A stretch of DNA of 64,000 bases from Patescibacteria group bacterium (GTDB lineage: Bacteria > Patescibacteriota > Minisyncoccia > Minisyncoccales > JANBVM01), in contig JANBVL010000001.1 of the NCBI GenBank assembly GCA_024238995.1, forward strand, positions 74,059 through 138,058, written 5' to 3'. Of this stretch, positions 29,746 to 39,591 are shown in pieces (the first letter of the stretch is position 1; every line of letters starts with the position of its first letter). The notes beneath the pieces were generated by a model. That model did not search any database. It was given only the letters and a program-made list of their open reading frames with translations, and was not told where the DNA came from. A program made the translations under genes and the position numbers.

Positions 29746-30410
29746 TTAATAAAAAAGTAGCTCAAATATTATACGAGATAGGAGACTTATTAGATATTCA
29801 GGGAGTAGCTTATAAACCTAAAGCTTATAGAAAGGCTGCCAAGACTTTAGGGGACCTGAAAGAAAATATTTCCCAAATTTATAAGAAACAAGGAATTAAG
29901 GGAATTAAAAAGATTCCAGGTATTGGGGAAAGCATTGCCAAAAAAATTGAAGAATATTTAAAAAAGAAAAGGATTAAATATCATGAAGAGCTAAAAGAAA
30001 AATCAACCATTCGACAAATTATTACTCATTATTTTAAAACCAAAGGACTGAGCTTAGCAGAACTTAAAAAAAACGCTAAAAAAAGAAAAATAGTTTACTC
30101 CCGCTTCACTAAGCCGGCTAAACAACTTCTGACACTAGCAGGTTCTGTGGAAAAAGCTAAAGCTGCAATTTCCAAAGTGGCCGGATGGGCAAAATCTAGG
30201 AATTTAGATTATGCGATTGAAACAGTTTTTAAAAAATGGCTGGAACTTGATAGATTAAAACCAAAAGAAATTGTCAAAAAACCATATTATAGAAACGATC
30301 CAATGATCTGGTCAGAAACAAAAAAAAAGTGGTATGTTATTGATAGAAACGGCGATTGGCTTGAATTTGCTGATCAAGAATCAAAAATTGAATGGCGTAT
30401 TGTTAAATAA
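29742..30410 (+). CDS. PolX N-terminal helix-hairpin-helix domain fused to an unknown basic domain
   Basis: N..VA..LYEIGDLL.......KPKAYRKAA...IPGIGESIAKKIEEYL; no polymerase or PHP domain follows. Confidence 0.75.
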   Translation: MINKKVAQILYEIGDLLDIQGVAYKPKAYRKAAKTLGDLKENISQIYKKQGIKGIKKIPGIGESIAKKIEEYLKKKRIKYHEELKEKSTIRQIITHYFKTKGLSLAELKKNAKKRKIVYSRFTKPAKQLLTLAGSVEKAKAAISKVAGWAKSRNLDYAIETVFKKWLELDRLKPKEIVKKPYYRNDPMIWSETKKKWYVIDRNGDWLEFADQESKIEWRIVK

Positions 30411-30417
30411 TAGAATT

Positions 30418-30978
30418 ATGCTCTCTTATTCAGAATTAAAAAGAAAATCAAGGATTATTATAGATAAAGAACCATATGAAATAATAGAAGCAAACTCTAC
30501 TGTAAAAGCTAGGGGCTCCTCTGTTTTGCAAACCAAGTTAAGGAATTTAAAAACAGGGAATGTAGTTTCTAAAACATTTCATCCTTCAGATTCTTTAGAA
30601 GAACCTGAAATTTCAAAATTAGAAGTAAAATTCATTTATTCTCATAAAGATAAATTTGTCTTCACTAAAAAAGATAATCCATCTGAAAGATTTGAATTAA
30701 CAGCTGGCCAGATTGGTGAACAAGTAATTTTTTTAACACAAAATTCTATAGTAGAAGCTTTAGTCTTTAATAATGAAGTAATTAATATTTCCCTGCCCAT
30801 TAAAGTGAACTTAAGAGTCAAAGAAGCTCCGCCAAGCGTAAAAGGAGAATCTCAATCTGGGAATAAAAGTGTTGTTTTAGAAACTGGAGCTAAAATCACT
30901 GTCCCCTCTTTTATAAAAACTGGGGATGTTGTTGAAGTGAATACTGAGAGTAAAGAGTATGTAAGAAGGATTGAGTAA
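30418..30978 (+). CDS. efp: Elongation factor P
   Basis: TKLRNLKTG, LPIKVNL.V.EAPP.VKG, LETGAKITVP.FI..GD.V.VNT..EYVRR; ATG at 30418. Confidence 0.93.
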   Translation: MLSYSELKRKSRIIIDKEPYEIIEANSTVKARGSSVLQTKLRNLKTGNVVSKTFHPSDSLEEPEISKLEVKFIYSHKDKFVFTKKDNPSERFELTAGQIGEQVIFLTQNSIVEALVFNNEVINISLPIKVNLRVKEAPPSVKGESQSGNKSVVLETGAKITVPSFIKTGDVVEVNTESKEYVRRIE

Positions 30979-31006
30979 ATAGTAATTTAAACCCCAAAAT
31001 GGAAAG

Positions 31007-31031
31007 AGGAAGCAATATATTATTGCTTCCT
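31007..31031. terminator. Hairpin between convergent genes
   Basis: aggaagcaata-tat-tattgcttcct perfect 11-bp stem. Confidence 0.7.
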
Positions 31032-31054
31032 ATAAATTATTTAATCTACCCTAT

Positions 31055-31390
31055 TTACAGAGTAAAGTGTTGTTTAATCAGCTCTAAAAAAATGTCTTTT
31101 TCAACTGGTCCTACATCCAGGCCCCTTACTATCAACATGATAATATTTAGGGTATTGATGGATAGTTCACTAAGATGATTTTTAGCAAACTCGGAAAGAA
31201 TTTCTTGCTTATTCATTCCTATGCCTTGATCTTCAACCATTTTCATAGTTACATCTATGCCCAGTGCCTCACCAACACTGATTTCGGACTTCTCAAAGAA
31301 ATCTGGACTTTCTTTTAGAGTTTTTCTCAATTGATTTGCTTGTTTTTGTAGCTGTTCTATAAAGATATCTTCTTTCGTTTTCTCTTTCAT
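31055..31390 (-). CDS. Hypothetical protein
   Basis: 111-aa ORF. Confidence 0.6.
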   Translation of the reverse strand: MKEKTKEDIFIEQLQKQANQLRKTLKESPDFFEKSEISVGEALGIDVTMKMVEDQGIGMNKQEILSEFAKNHLSELSINTLNIIMLIVRGLDVGPVEKDIFLELIKQHFTL

Positions 31391-31513
31391 TTTTATCGCC
31401 AGATGGTATTAGCCATCCAAATAAAGTATACAACTATTGTACTATTTTGTCAATATTACTTAAGCCAGTGAACAAGCGCGGGCTGATAATTTTAACTACT
31501 ATTAAAATATCGT

Positions 31514-33247
31514 TTATTCTAATTCTTTTTCTATGTCTTCAATCTCCTTGCCAATGAAATCCTGAACAATTTTAAAGTCTTCTCTTAAATCATCGTAAAG
31601 TTTCCTTTCCTTTTTATTAAAACCAGACCGTGAATCAAACATCTCAATTTGACTCTCAACCTCCTTTTCTAGCAATTCAAATCCTCGAAGAACGCTCTTT
31701 CTTACTTCCCGAGTCTCTTTTCGCAACGTCTTTTTTGTCTGCCCGACATTATAAACAAGGTATCCTATAAAAAGAAATCCTAGGAACAAAGATAAAGATA
31801 AAAACAGAATTATGCTTTTAAAAGAAATTGTGAATATGCCTAAGGATATGCCGCTTAATGATACTTCAATTTTATGAACATCTGAATCATTGCTGAAAAC
31901 TCCTCTTTCATCCTGTACTTTAGCTGATAAGGAATAAATGCCTGACTGGACTAGCTCTTTTGTAGAAAAAGACCATTCTCCTAGTTGATTGCTTCTGCTG
32001 TACCATTCTTTCACATTTTGGCCATTTTTTTCCAAAGAAATTATGATCTTAACTTCAGGCAGCGCTTGGCCCTCAAGATAGAATATTTCTTCTCCAGCAA
32101 TATATTTTTCCGGCCAGACACTAATAACAGGAGTTTCAATAGGCTCTATGTCAACCAAAGTATTTGCTTGAGCGCTATTACCAGCCCTATCTACTGCTCT
32201 GACTATGATTCTGTGACTGCCTGGAACCTGAAAAGGCATAGAAAAAGGATTAATCTGGGCAAGCAGCACATTATAAAAGTCTCCTTCTCCAATTTTAAGC
32301 TCATAACGACTGATTCCTGAAACGTCATCATCTGTTTCAAAATACAAGTCTGGTTCAGGATTAGTAACATCTCCTTTATTATCAATTGTCACTTCAAATG
32401 GATAAGGCGACAGGTTGTCAACTTGAATCCTATAATGAACTGATTGAGTCCATTCTGTTTCATTTTCTAATCTAAGATGGAAATACCATACACCATCAGC
32501 AACTCCTTTATAGGTTTTAGATTGAATCAAACCTTCAGATTTAGTATCAGGTATGGTTTCTGAATTTTGATCTAACAAGAAGCTAACTCCAGTAGTGTCA
32601 GGTGTTAACACCCATTGGAAATAAGGGTCATTGTTGTTATACCATTCGTCTTGCTGGACATGGGTTGGACTAAAAATCTGCAAAGGAGCAGTTTCTAATT
32701 CAGATTGAGAAATAACTGTTGTTTGTTGAATAAAATACTTAGCTTCCTTAAGAAAGAGTAAAACATTTGTTCCTTCTCCATCATCAGCTAAAATCTTACC
32801 CTCACCAAAGGCAATATGAACTATTCCTTGTTTTTTCCCTTTAAAGTTTATGGTTATTATGTTTCCTATTTGCTGAAAACCAGGATGCGGCAACCCTCCA
32901 GCAAATGAAATTGTACCGTCAGAATTAGAAAAAGCTGGTTCTTCTGGCCAAAGAGCAAAAACAGAATCATCTTGGGAAATACTTAACACCTCTAGTGTAT
33001 CAGCAGGAAAATGAATAACAGCTTGAGCAGAATTAATAGGGATATCTCCTGTCTTGATTTTCACTTCCACAGAAAAACTATCTCCTAATTTAAAAGTTTC
33101 ACTGCCAGGAGAAAGAAAAAGTGAAGATCCTTTAACCTCAACAGCCTGGCTTATTCTTACACCTAAAACCAGCACCAGAACAACACCAAGAAGAAAAACA
33201 ACAATACTGACTATGCTTTTTTTACATTTGTTAATATTTTTAATCAT
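31514..33247 (-). CDS. Cohesin + Ig-like domains, C-terminal TM and coiled coil
   Basis: SLFLSPGS...INSAQA.I.FP; SPTH...WY.NN.P.F.W; DGVWYFHLR; D..SGI..YE. Confidence 0.85.
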   Translation of the reverse strand: MIKNINKCKKSIVSIVVFLLGVVLVLVLGVRISQAVEVKGSSLFLSPGSETFKLGDSFSVEVKIKTGDIPINSAQAVIHFPADTLEVLSISQDDSVFALWPEEPAFSNSDGTISFAGGLPHPGFQQIGNIITINFKGKKQGIVHIAFGEGKILADDGEGTNVLLFLKEAKYFIQQTTVISQSELETAPLQIFSPTHVQQDEWYNNNDPYFQWVLTPDTTGVSFLLDQNSETIPDTKSEGLIQSKTYKGVADGVWYFHLRLENETEWTQSVHYRIQVDNLSPYPFEVTIDNKGDVTNPEPDLYFETDDDVSGISRYELKIGEGDFYNVLLAQINPFSMPFQVPGSHRIIVRAVDRAGNSAQANTLVDIEPIETPVISVWPEKYIAGEEIFYLEGQALPEVKIIISLEKNGQNVKEWYSRSNQLGEWSFSTKELVQSGIYSLSAKVQDERGVFSNDSDVHKIEVSLSGISLGIFTISFKSIILFLSLSLFLGFLFIGYLVYNVGQTKKTLRKETREVRKSVLRGFELLEKEVESQIEMFDSRSGFNKKERKLYDDLREDFKIVQDFIGKEIEDIEKELE

Positions 33248-34552
33248 CTACATTTTATGTATTTTTCTTTTTAATTCTTCTTCTTTTTTCTTCCATTCAG
33301 TCTTAACTTTATCTAAAACATCCATCCTTTTATAAATGTATTTATGGCTTTTCCACCAGCGAGAGATATTTATGGCAATGAAGATTGATAAAGGAACAAG
33401 AAACAGAATCGCCTTCCACCAAGAAAGGAAAATAGTAAATATGCTTATCCCGCTTTTTGAAATGTAAAATAATCTTGTGCTGGGAATAATTTCTATTCTT
33501 TCTGAAGCATCCTGCCAATTCATAGCTTGGTCATAGGCTCTTACTACTATCTCATATTCTCCTAAGTCAAGATTATGCAGCCGGTAAGGACTATTCACTT
33601 CTACAAAGAAACTGGCTTCTTTGTTCTGAACAGTTTTTCTAAGATTAACTGCTTTCATTTCATAATGATCTAAGCCAGAAAGAGCATCAGTAGTAATAAA
33701 AGAAACAACTGGCGCTCTGGCAGCAGTAACTGGTGAGTTGGGGGTAGGTTCAAAGCTAAGTTTAAAAATGGCTGGTGGAGTTGTATCTATTTGAACAAGA
33801 TAATGAGTAACCCCTCCCCAACCTCCTCCTTTCTTGGCTTTTATGTGAAAATACCATATTCCATCTTCTAAATCGACGTAAGAAACTGACGCATGACTTC
33901 CCTCAGAAATATTATCTGGTACTGTATGAAAATTCTGGTCAATACTATAGCTGAAATCAGTTACTCCTGTTTCTTTTTGCCAAGCAAAAGCTGGATTATT
34001 GTTTTTGTACCATTTATTTTGGTCAGTGTAAGTAGAAGAAAATACTTTTGGTCCTGCTGGCGGAGGAATCTTTAAACTATAAAAGCCCTCTCCCATTGAA
34101 GTTAAAATATTAGTTCCTTTGCCATCGTCTAAAAGAACCTGAGAAGAATCTAAGAATTCAATAAAAGTTTCTCCTGGAGAAATGACTCTAAAAGTAATTG
34201 TAGAAACCAATCCCGAAGAAGTGTTGATTCCTGGAGATGGCACTCCTCCTTGAAAAGAAACAGTTCCTTCAATATTAGAATAAGTGGGTTGAGCAATCCA
34301 GACTGAAATGAATGATTTTCCAGCAACCGGGCTAGCTACCTGAAGTTTTCTAGGATCAAATTTCAAATCTACTTCTACGGCATTAATATCATTTCCTCCA
34401 GTATTAACAAAAATAGAAACATTAAAAGTGCTTCCAATGAAAAAAGTGCCAATATTAGGAGAGAAATACAAAGAAGCACCTTCAGCACTAACGACAAAAG
34501 GCACGAAAAAGGAAAATATTATAATAAATACTATATAAAATGATTTTTTCAT
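33248..34552 (-). CDS. Cohesin-domain membrane-anchored paralogue
   Basis: ASLYFSP..GTFFIGSTFNVSIFVNT; DGIWYFHIKAK. Confidence 0.85.
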   Translation of the reverse strand: MKKSFYIVFIIIFSFFVPFVVSAEGASLYFSPNIGTFFIGSTFNVSIFVNTGGNDINAVEVDLKFDPRKLQVASPVAGKSFISVWIAQPTYSNIEGTVSFQGGVPSPGINTSSGLVSTITFRVISPGETFIEFLDSSQVLLDDGKGTNILTSMGEGFYSLKIPPPAGPKVFSSTYTDQNKWYKNNNPAFAWQKETGVTDFSYSIDQNFHTVPDNISEGSHASVSYVDLEDGIWYFHIKAKKGGGWGGVTHYLVQIDTTPPAIFKLSFEPTPNSPVTAARAPVVSFITTDALSGLDHYEMKAVNLRKTVQNKEASFFVEVNSPYRLHNLDLGEYEIVVRAYDQAMNWQDASERIEIIPSTRLFYISKSGISIFTIFLSWWKAILFLVPLSIFIAINISRWWKSHKYIYKRMDVLDKVKTEWKKKEEELKRKIHKM

Positions 34553-34588
34553 CGCTAATAATATAATTATAGCATACTCTAAAGTCTG

Positions 34589-36016
34589 CTAAATTCCTTT
34601 ATTTGATTCATTATTATTGAAAGGAGGTTTTTCACCTCTTAATTTTCTTGCTAATCTCTCTGCTTCTTCTACTTCTTTTCCTTCTTCAGGCTTTATTTTA
34701 CGGATTTTCTCCTCTAATTTCTTAACATCTTCAATCTCTTTTTCAGCTTGTTCTACTTCTTTGCGCAATCTTACTGACAAGTCTTTTCTTTGCTTACGCT
34801 GATATATTAAAATTCCCGAAACAATACCTATCAATAATATCATATAAGCTAACCACCAAGGAAAGAATAAATCCCTTATCCTTAATCCCTGACTATCGTA
34901 AAAAATAAAAGAATTAACAATATTTAAAGTTGTTTTAGCTTCAGTGGAATTTCCAGCTTTATCATATGTCATAACAATAATAGCGTATTTCCCTGCCCTC
35001 TCAAACGGAATTCTATAAGGTGAAACCACTTCTATGAAAAATGGATTGGCTTCACTTTTAGAATCAGAAAGATCAACTATGCTAACTTCATAATAATCAA
35101 TGCCAGAAAGCAAATCATCAGTAGAAAAATAAGCGAAGAATCTTGATCCAGTTACCCCGCCTATTGTTTCAATATCAATTTTAAATTCTTGAGGAGGGAT
35201 AGCATCAATATGCAAAGGATAATGAGTGGTTCCTCCAAAAACACCTCCTTTTTTTGCTTTTATATGAAAATACCAGATTCCATTTTTAACATCATTAAAA
35301 GTAACTGAATTCTCTTTACCTTCAGAAATATTGTCTGGGATTCCTTGAGGGTCTTGGTCTAAACTATAACTAAAATCAGTTACTCCTGGTTCTGTACTCC
35401 AAAAAAAACTTGGGTTATTGTTTTTATACCAAGTAGTAAGGCTGGGATGAGTGGGCGAAAAAAGCTTGGGTCCTTCAGGCGGAGAAAGTACTAAAGTATA
35501 GTTTCCAATAGCAGTGCTTTTAAGAATATTTGTGCCTTTTCCATCAGCCAGTAAAACCTTTGAAGAATCTGAAAATGAGATGGTAACTATTCCTGGAGCT
35601 TTGGCTCGAAAACTAATTGTTGACACCAAACCAGCTGAGGTTTTGATTCCAGGAGAAGGCACGCCTCCTTTAAAACTAATAATGCCTTGTTTATTTGAAT
35701 AAAACGGCTGGTCAGCCCAAACTGAAATAAAAGAAGAGCCAGCAGTTGGACTGGTAACTTGAAGAAGACCTGGTGAGAATTCTAAATCTACTTGAACAGC
35801 ATTAATACTGCTTCCTTCAGTATTTACAAAAACAGAAACATCAAAAGTAGTGCCAACAAAAAAAGTGCCCTGATAAGGAGAGAGATACAAAGAAGCACTT
35901 TCTCCTTCTGCTTTTGTTGGTTTGATTAAAAAAGCTCCTAATAGAAAGACCACGATAAACAAAGCTATAATCTTAATAAGCTTTCCTGTTTTTTCTAATA
36001 TAAAATTCTGCTTCAT
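34589..36016 (-). CDS. Cohesin-domain membrane-anchored paralogue
   Basis: ASLYLSPYQGTFFVGTTFDVSVFVNT; same architecture. Confidence 0.85.
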   Translation of the reverse strand: MKQNFILEKTGKLIKIIALFIVVFLLGAFLIKPTKAEGESASLYLSPYQGTFFVGTTFDVSVFVNTEGSSINAVQVDLEFSPGLLQVTSPTAGSSFISVWADQPFYSNKQGIISFKGGVPSPGIKTSAGLVSTISFRAKAPGIVTISFSDSSKVLLADGKGTNILKSTAIGNYTLVLSPPEGPKLFSPTHPSLTTWYKNNNPSFFWSTEPGVTDFSYSLDQDPQGIPDNISEGKENSVTFNDVKNGIWYFHIKAKKGGVFGGTTHYPLHIDAIPPQEFKIDIETIGGVTGSRFFAYFSTDDLLSGIDYYEVSIVDLSDSKSEANPFFIEVVSPYRIPFERAGKYAIIVMTYDKAGNSTEAKTTLNIVNSFIFYDSQGLRIRDLFFPWWLAYMILLIGIVSGILIYQRKQRKDLSVRLRKEVEQAEKEIEDVKKLEEKIRKIKPEEGKEVEEAERLARKLRGEKPPFNNNESNKGI

Positions 36017-37371
36017 TTTTCTTCTTGTGATGATTTTTCTTTTTCCTTTAATTTCTTTTCCAATTCTTGTTTTTTTTCTTCAAACTCTTCTGCAAATTCT
36101 TCTGTAGCTTCTTCTGTTTTTCTTTTTCTTTTTTCAATCTTTTTAATTTCAGACAAAGCTTCTTCAATTTCTTTTGTCGCTTTTTTAAATCCAAGCTTAC
36201 CTCTTCTCTTATAGGCCGCTACAACCAAATACCCAATCCCAAATCCAATTGCATAAATTAAACTCCGTGGAAGAAGAAAGTTTTTGAATTGAAGTCCTTT
36301 ACCTTCAATGTAAGAAAGAACTGGACTAATCAATCGAAAAGTAATTTGCTCCTGTCTTAAATTGCCTGATTTATCAAAAACCCTGACAATAATGTTATAT
36401 CTTCCAGATTTCTCATAAGGAATTTTATAAGGAGAAACAGCTTCAGTAAAAAAAGGCTGTGAAAGTTCAGGCTCTCTAAGATCTCTCAAACTAATTTCAT
36501 AATAGTCTATGCCTGAATAAATATCTTTGGTTTCAAAATAAATAAAGCGGGAATAAGTATCAATCTCTGGATTAAAACTTTGAGGCGGATTATTATCTAT
36601 CTTTATTATATAATGACTAGTCTTACCCCAAACTCCTGACTTTTTAGCCCTTAAGTGAAAATACCAGATGCCGTCTGCAACATCTGCATAAGATTTAAAG
36701 TTAATGTCTCCCTCAGATACTTCATCTGGCTCTTCTTGCGGATTTTGAGAAAGACTAAAGCTAAAATCAGTCATGCCATACTCCCTTATCCAATTAAAAG
36801 AAGGGTTATTATCCTGATACCAGACATCAAGATCTGGATGCGATGTCGATAAAAGCCTTGGTCCTTCTGAAGGTGGTACTGAAATCTGATAACTGCCTCC
36901 AATTAATATAGGAGAAATTGATGTGCCTTTCCCGTTATTAAGCAGAACTTTTGAAGAATCTAAAAATCCTATATTCGCTTTCCCAGGCATCTTGGCCCTG
37001 AAAGTAATGGTTGAAATCAATCCTGCAGAAGTAGTAATTCCTCCTGGCATTCCTCCTCTGAAAGAAATCTTTCCTGTGGCATTAGAATAAGTTGGAGGAG
37101 AAAGCCATTGAGAAACAAAAGATTCTCCACTGACTGGGCTAGTAACCTGAATTATGTCTGGAGGGAATGTTAAATCCACATCTACTGCATTAACCTCTTC
37201 GCCTTTAGTATTTATATATATAGATACATTAAAAGTGCTTCCCATGAAAAAAGTGCCGCTCTTGGGAGAAAGATATAAAGTGGCAGTGTCAGCTTTAACC
37301 ATTATGGGCACCATACCAATCATTGCTGATACAAAAGTAAATATTAATAAAGTAATAATGCTTTTTTTCAT
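36013..37371 (-). CDS. Cohesin-domain membrane-anchored paralogue
   Basis: ATLYLSPKSGTFFMGSTFNVSIYINT; C-terminal TM and charged coil. Confidence 0.85.
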   Translation of the reverse strand: MKKSIITLLIFTFVSAMIGMVPIMVKADTATLYLSPKSGTFFMGSTFNVSIYINTKGEEVNAVDVDLTFPPDIIQVTSPVSGESFVSQWLSPPTYSNATGKISFRGGMPGGITTSAGLISTITFRAKMPGKANIGFLDSSKVLLNNGKGTSISPILIGGSYQISVPPSEGPRLLSTSHPDLDVWYQDNNPSFNWIREYGMTDFSFSLSQNPQEEPDEVSEGDINFKSYADVADGIWYFHLRAKKSGVWGKTSHYIIKIDNNPPQSFNPEIDTYSRFIYFETKDIYSGIDYYEISLRDLREPELSQPFFTEAVSPYKIPYEKSGRYNIIVRVFDKSGNLRQEQITFRLISPVLSYIEGKGLQFKNFLLPRSLIYAIGFGIGYLVVAAYKRRGKLGFKKATKEIEEALSEIKKIEKRKRKTEEATEEFAEEFEEKKQELEKKLKEKEKSSQEEK

Positions 37372-37386
37372 TCTTTAATTTGAGAG

Positions 37387-38634
37387 TTATGGATAACCTT
37401 TCTTAGTATATTTTTTCCGCAGCCACCATATTAAAACACCTGCTCCGCCTAATAAAACAAATGTTAAAAGCCAAACCAACCACCAGGAAAAAAGAGTTCC
37501 TCTGATTTCCAGACCACTGCCTTCAATATGAGTTATTAGAGGGGTCATCAACCTAAACCTGATTTCCTGTTCCCTTATATTCCCTGCTCTATCTACTGCT
37601 TTAATAATAACATTATATTTACCAGGTTTTTTGAAAGGAACTTTGTAAGGTGATGTTTCTTCTGTTAAAAATACCCGGGATGGTTCTGGCACACTTAAAT
37701 CAATCAAACCCACCTCATAATGGTCAATGCCTGAATAATCATCGCTAGTTTCAAAATAAATCAATGTCTGGTAGCTAACCAAACGATTATAGCTTTTAAC
37801 TTCAGGCTTAAATTCCTTTGGAGTATTAACATCTGCGCGAATCTGAACATGACTTGTTTGTCCCCAGACTCCTTGTTTTTTTTGCCTTAAATGAAAATAC
37901 CATATTCCATCAGAGACATCAGTAAAAGAAACCTGGCCTTCATTTCCTTCTGAAATGCCGTCTGGTCTTTTACTAGGATTTTGGTCGAAACTCCAAGAAA
38001 AATCAGTTACTCTGCTTTCTTTTTCCCAGGAAAAAGCTGGGCTTGAGTCTGAATACCAAACATTTGGATTAGGATGAGTTGGAGAAAAAACTTCAGGACC
38101 TTCTGGCGGAGGAATTAGAATCTGGTATTTTGCATTAATAGTGCTGGTTAAAATATCAGTTCCTTTGGCATCATTTAAAAGCACTTTTGATGATTCTGTA
38201 AATTCAATTCTAGCAGTTCCAGAAGTTACTGCTCTAAAAGTAATGGAAGAAACCAAACCAGCAGAAGTGCTGATGCCTCCTGGGATCCCTCCTTGAAAAC
38301 TAATAATTCCTCTTTCATTTGAGTAACTGGGAGGAGTAATCCATTCAGTAATCAAAGAAGTGCCAGCAGTAGGAGATGTAACTTGCAAGATGTTTGGAGG
38401 AAACTTCAATTCAGTTTGAACAACATTGATTTCATTACTTTCAGTATTAATAAAAATAGAAACACTAAAAGTACTGCCCACTAAAAAACTGCCTGACGAA
38501 GGAGAAAGATAAAGTTGAGCACTGTTTGATTGGACAGCTTGAGGAAATCCCAAAACCCAGGAGAGTAAAACACCAAACAACAATAATTTACTATTCACCT
38601 TCTTCATAATGGTTTCTTGAAGCAGACTCATCAT
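37387..38634 (-). CDS. Cohesin-domain membrane-anchored paralogue
   Basis: AQLYLSPSSGSFLVGSTFSVSIFINT; start probably at MKKVN. Confidence 0.85.
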   Translation of the reverse strand: MMSLLQETIMKKVNSKLLLFGVLLSWVLGFPQAVQSNSAQLYLSPSSGSFLVGSTFSVSIFINTESNEINVVQTELKFPPNILQVTSPTAGTSLITEWITPPSYSNERGIISFQGGIPGGISTSAGLVSSITFRAVTSGTARIEFTESSKVLLNDAKGTDILTSTINAKYQILIPPPEGPEVFSPTHPNPNVWYSDSSPAFSWEKESRVTDFSWSFDQNPSKRPDGISEGNEGQVSFTDVSDGIWYFHLRQKKQGVWGQTSHVQIRADVNTPKEFKPEVKSYNRLVSYQTLIYFETSDDYSGIDHYEVGLIDLSVPEPSRVFLTEETSPYKVPFKKPGKYNVIIKAVDRAGNIREQEIRFRLMTPLITHIEGSGLEIRGTLFSWWLVWLLTFVLLGGAGVLIWWLRKKYTKKGYP

Positions 38635-39559
38635 GAAACAAGGCGGAATCTTTATGTTGTCTTTTCTTTTTTAACCATATCAGTCCTGCTCCAATGAGAA
38701 TGCTAAAAGTAATTATCCAATAAAACAAAGCTTTATTCTTTTTAATTACTGGAATATGTTCAGCAATATATTCATTACCTGCTTTGTCAATTGCTTTTAC
38801 CCTTATTGTATCATTTAATCCCTGGTCTTCCAGCAAATAGGGGCTGTCAGCTCTTTTCCATTCCCTTTCTCCTTCCTGAACTTCATAATGAGCAATACCT
38901 GTTTGTTTATCAGTAGTAGAAAATGTAATAAAATATTTACCTTCAAAAACACCAGGGCTCTGTTCAAGTATTATTAGGAATGATTCTGGAATAGTAACAT
39001 CACCTTTTAACAGCTCCTGCCACTCTTGTCTTGGAAACTCTGGTATTCCAGACAATATGCTTAAAAGCGCTCCATTTGTAATAAGAGAAGCTTTTGTGCC
39101 TAATCCATCATGAAGCAACACATAGGAATTTTCTGAGAATTCTATTTTGGTAGAAATTGGTTTATTTACTAATGGAGTTTGATATACCTGAAAGATCATT
39201 CTTCCAAGCAGATTACTTGTTCCAGGATCACCAGCTAACTCACCACAATATCCTCCTGGAATCCCGCCTGAAAAAGAAACTAAACCTGTTTCATTAGAAA
39301 ATTCTGGTTCCTTTGCCCAAAGAGAAAGCAATGAATTTCCTTGACTAAAATCTTTAATTTCTAAAACATTGCTGGCAAAACTTAATTCAACTTTCACTGT
39401 ATTAATACACTCTCCTTGTGTATCTATTTTTGCTTCTACTATAAAGGTGTCGCCTTGATAATATCCACTGCTGGACGGTTCTAGATATAAAATAGCTGCC
39501 CCACTTGATAAGGGGAAAAATAATAATAGTAGAAGTATGAATAATGAATTACGAGTCAT
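38591..39559 (-). CDS. Cohesin-domain protein with one Ig domain and TM
   Basis: AAILYLEPSS...GGIPGGYCG; DKQTGIAHYEV; VKAIDKAGN. Confidence 0.82.
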   Translation of the reverse strand: MTRNSLFILLLLLFFPLSSGAAILYLEPSSSGYYQGDTFIVEAKIDTQGECINTVKVELSFASNVLEIKDFSQGNSLLSLWAKEPEFSNETGLVSFSGGIPGGYCGELAGDPGTSNLLGRMIFQVYQTPLVNKPISTKIEFSENSYVLLHDGLGTKASLITNGALLSILSGIPEFPRQEWQELLKGDVTIPESFLIILEQSPGVFEGKYFITFSTTDKQTGIAHYEVQEGEREWKRADSPYLLEDQGLNDTIRVKAIDKAGNEYIAEHIPVIKKNKALFYWIITFSILIGAGLIWLKKKRQHKDSALFHDESASRNHYEEGE

Positions 39560-39591
39560 GAATTATGATAAATTTGTTTTTAATTCTTAAT

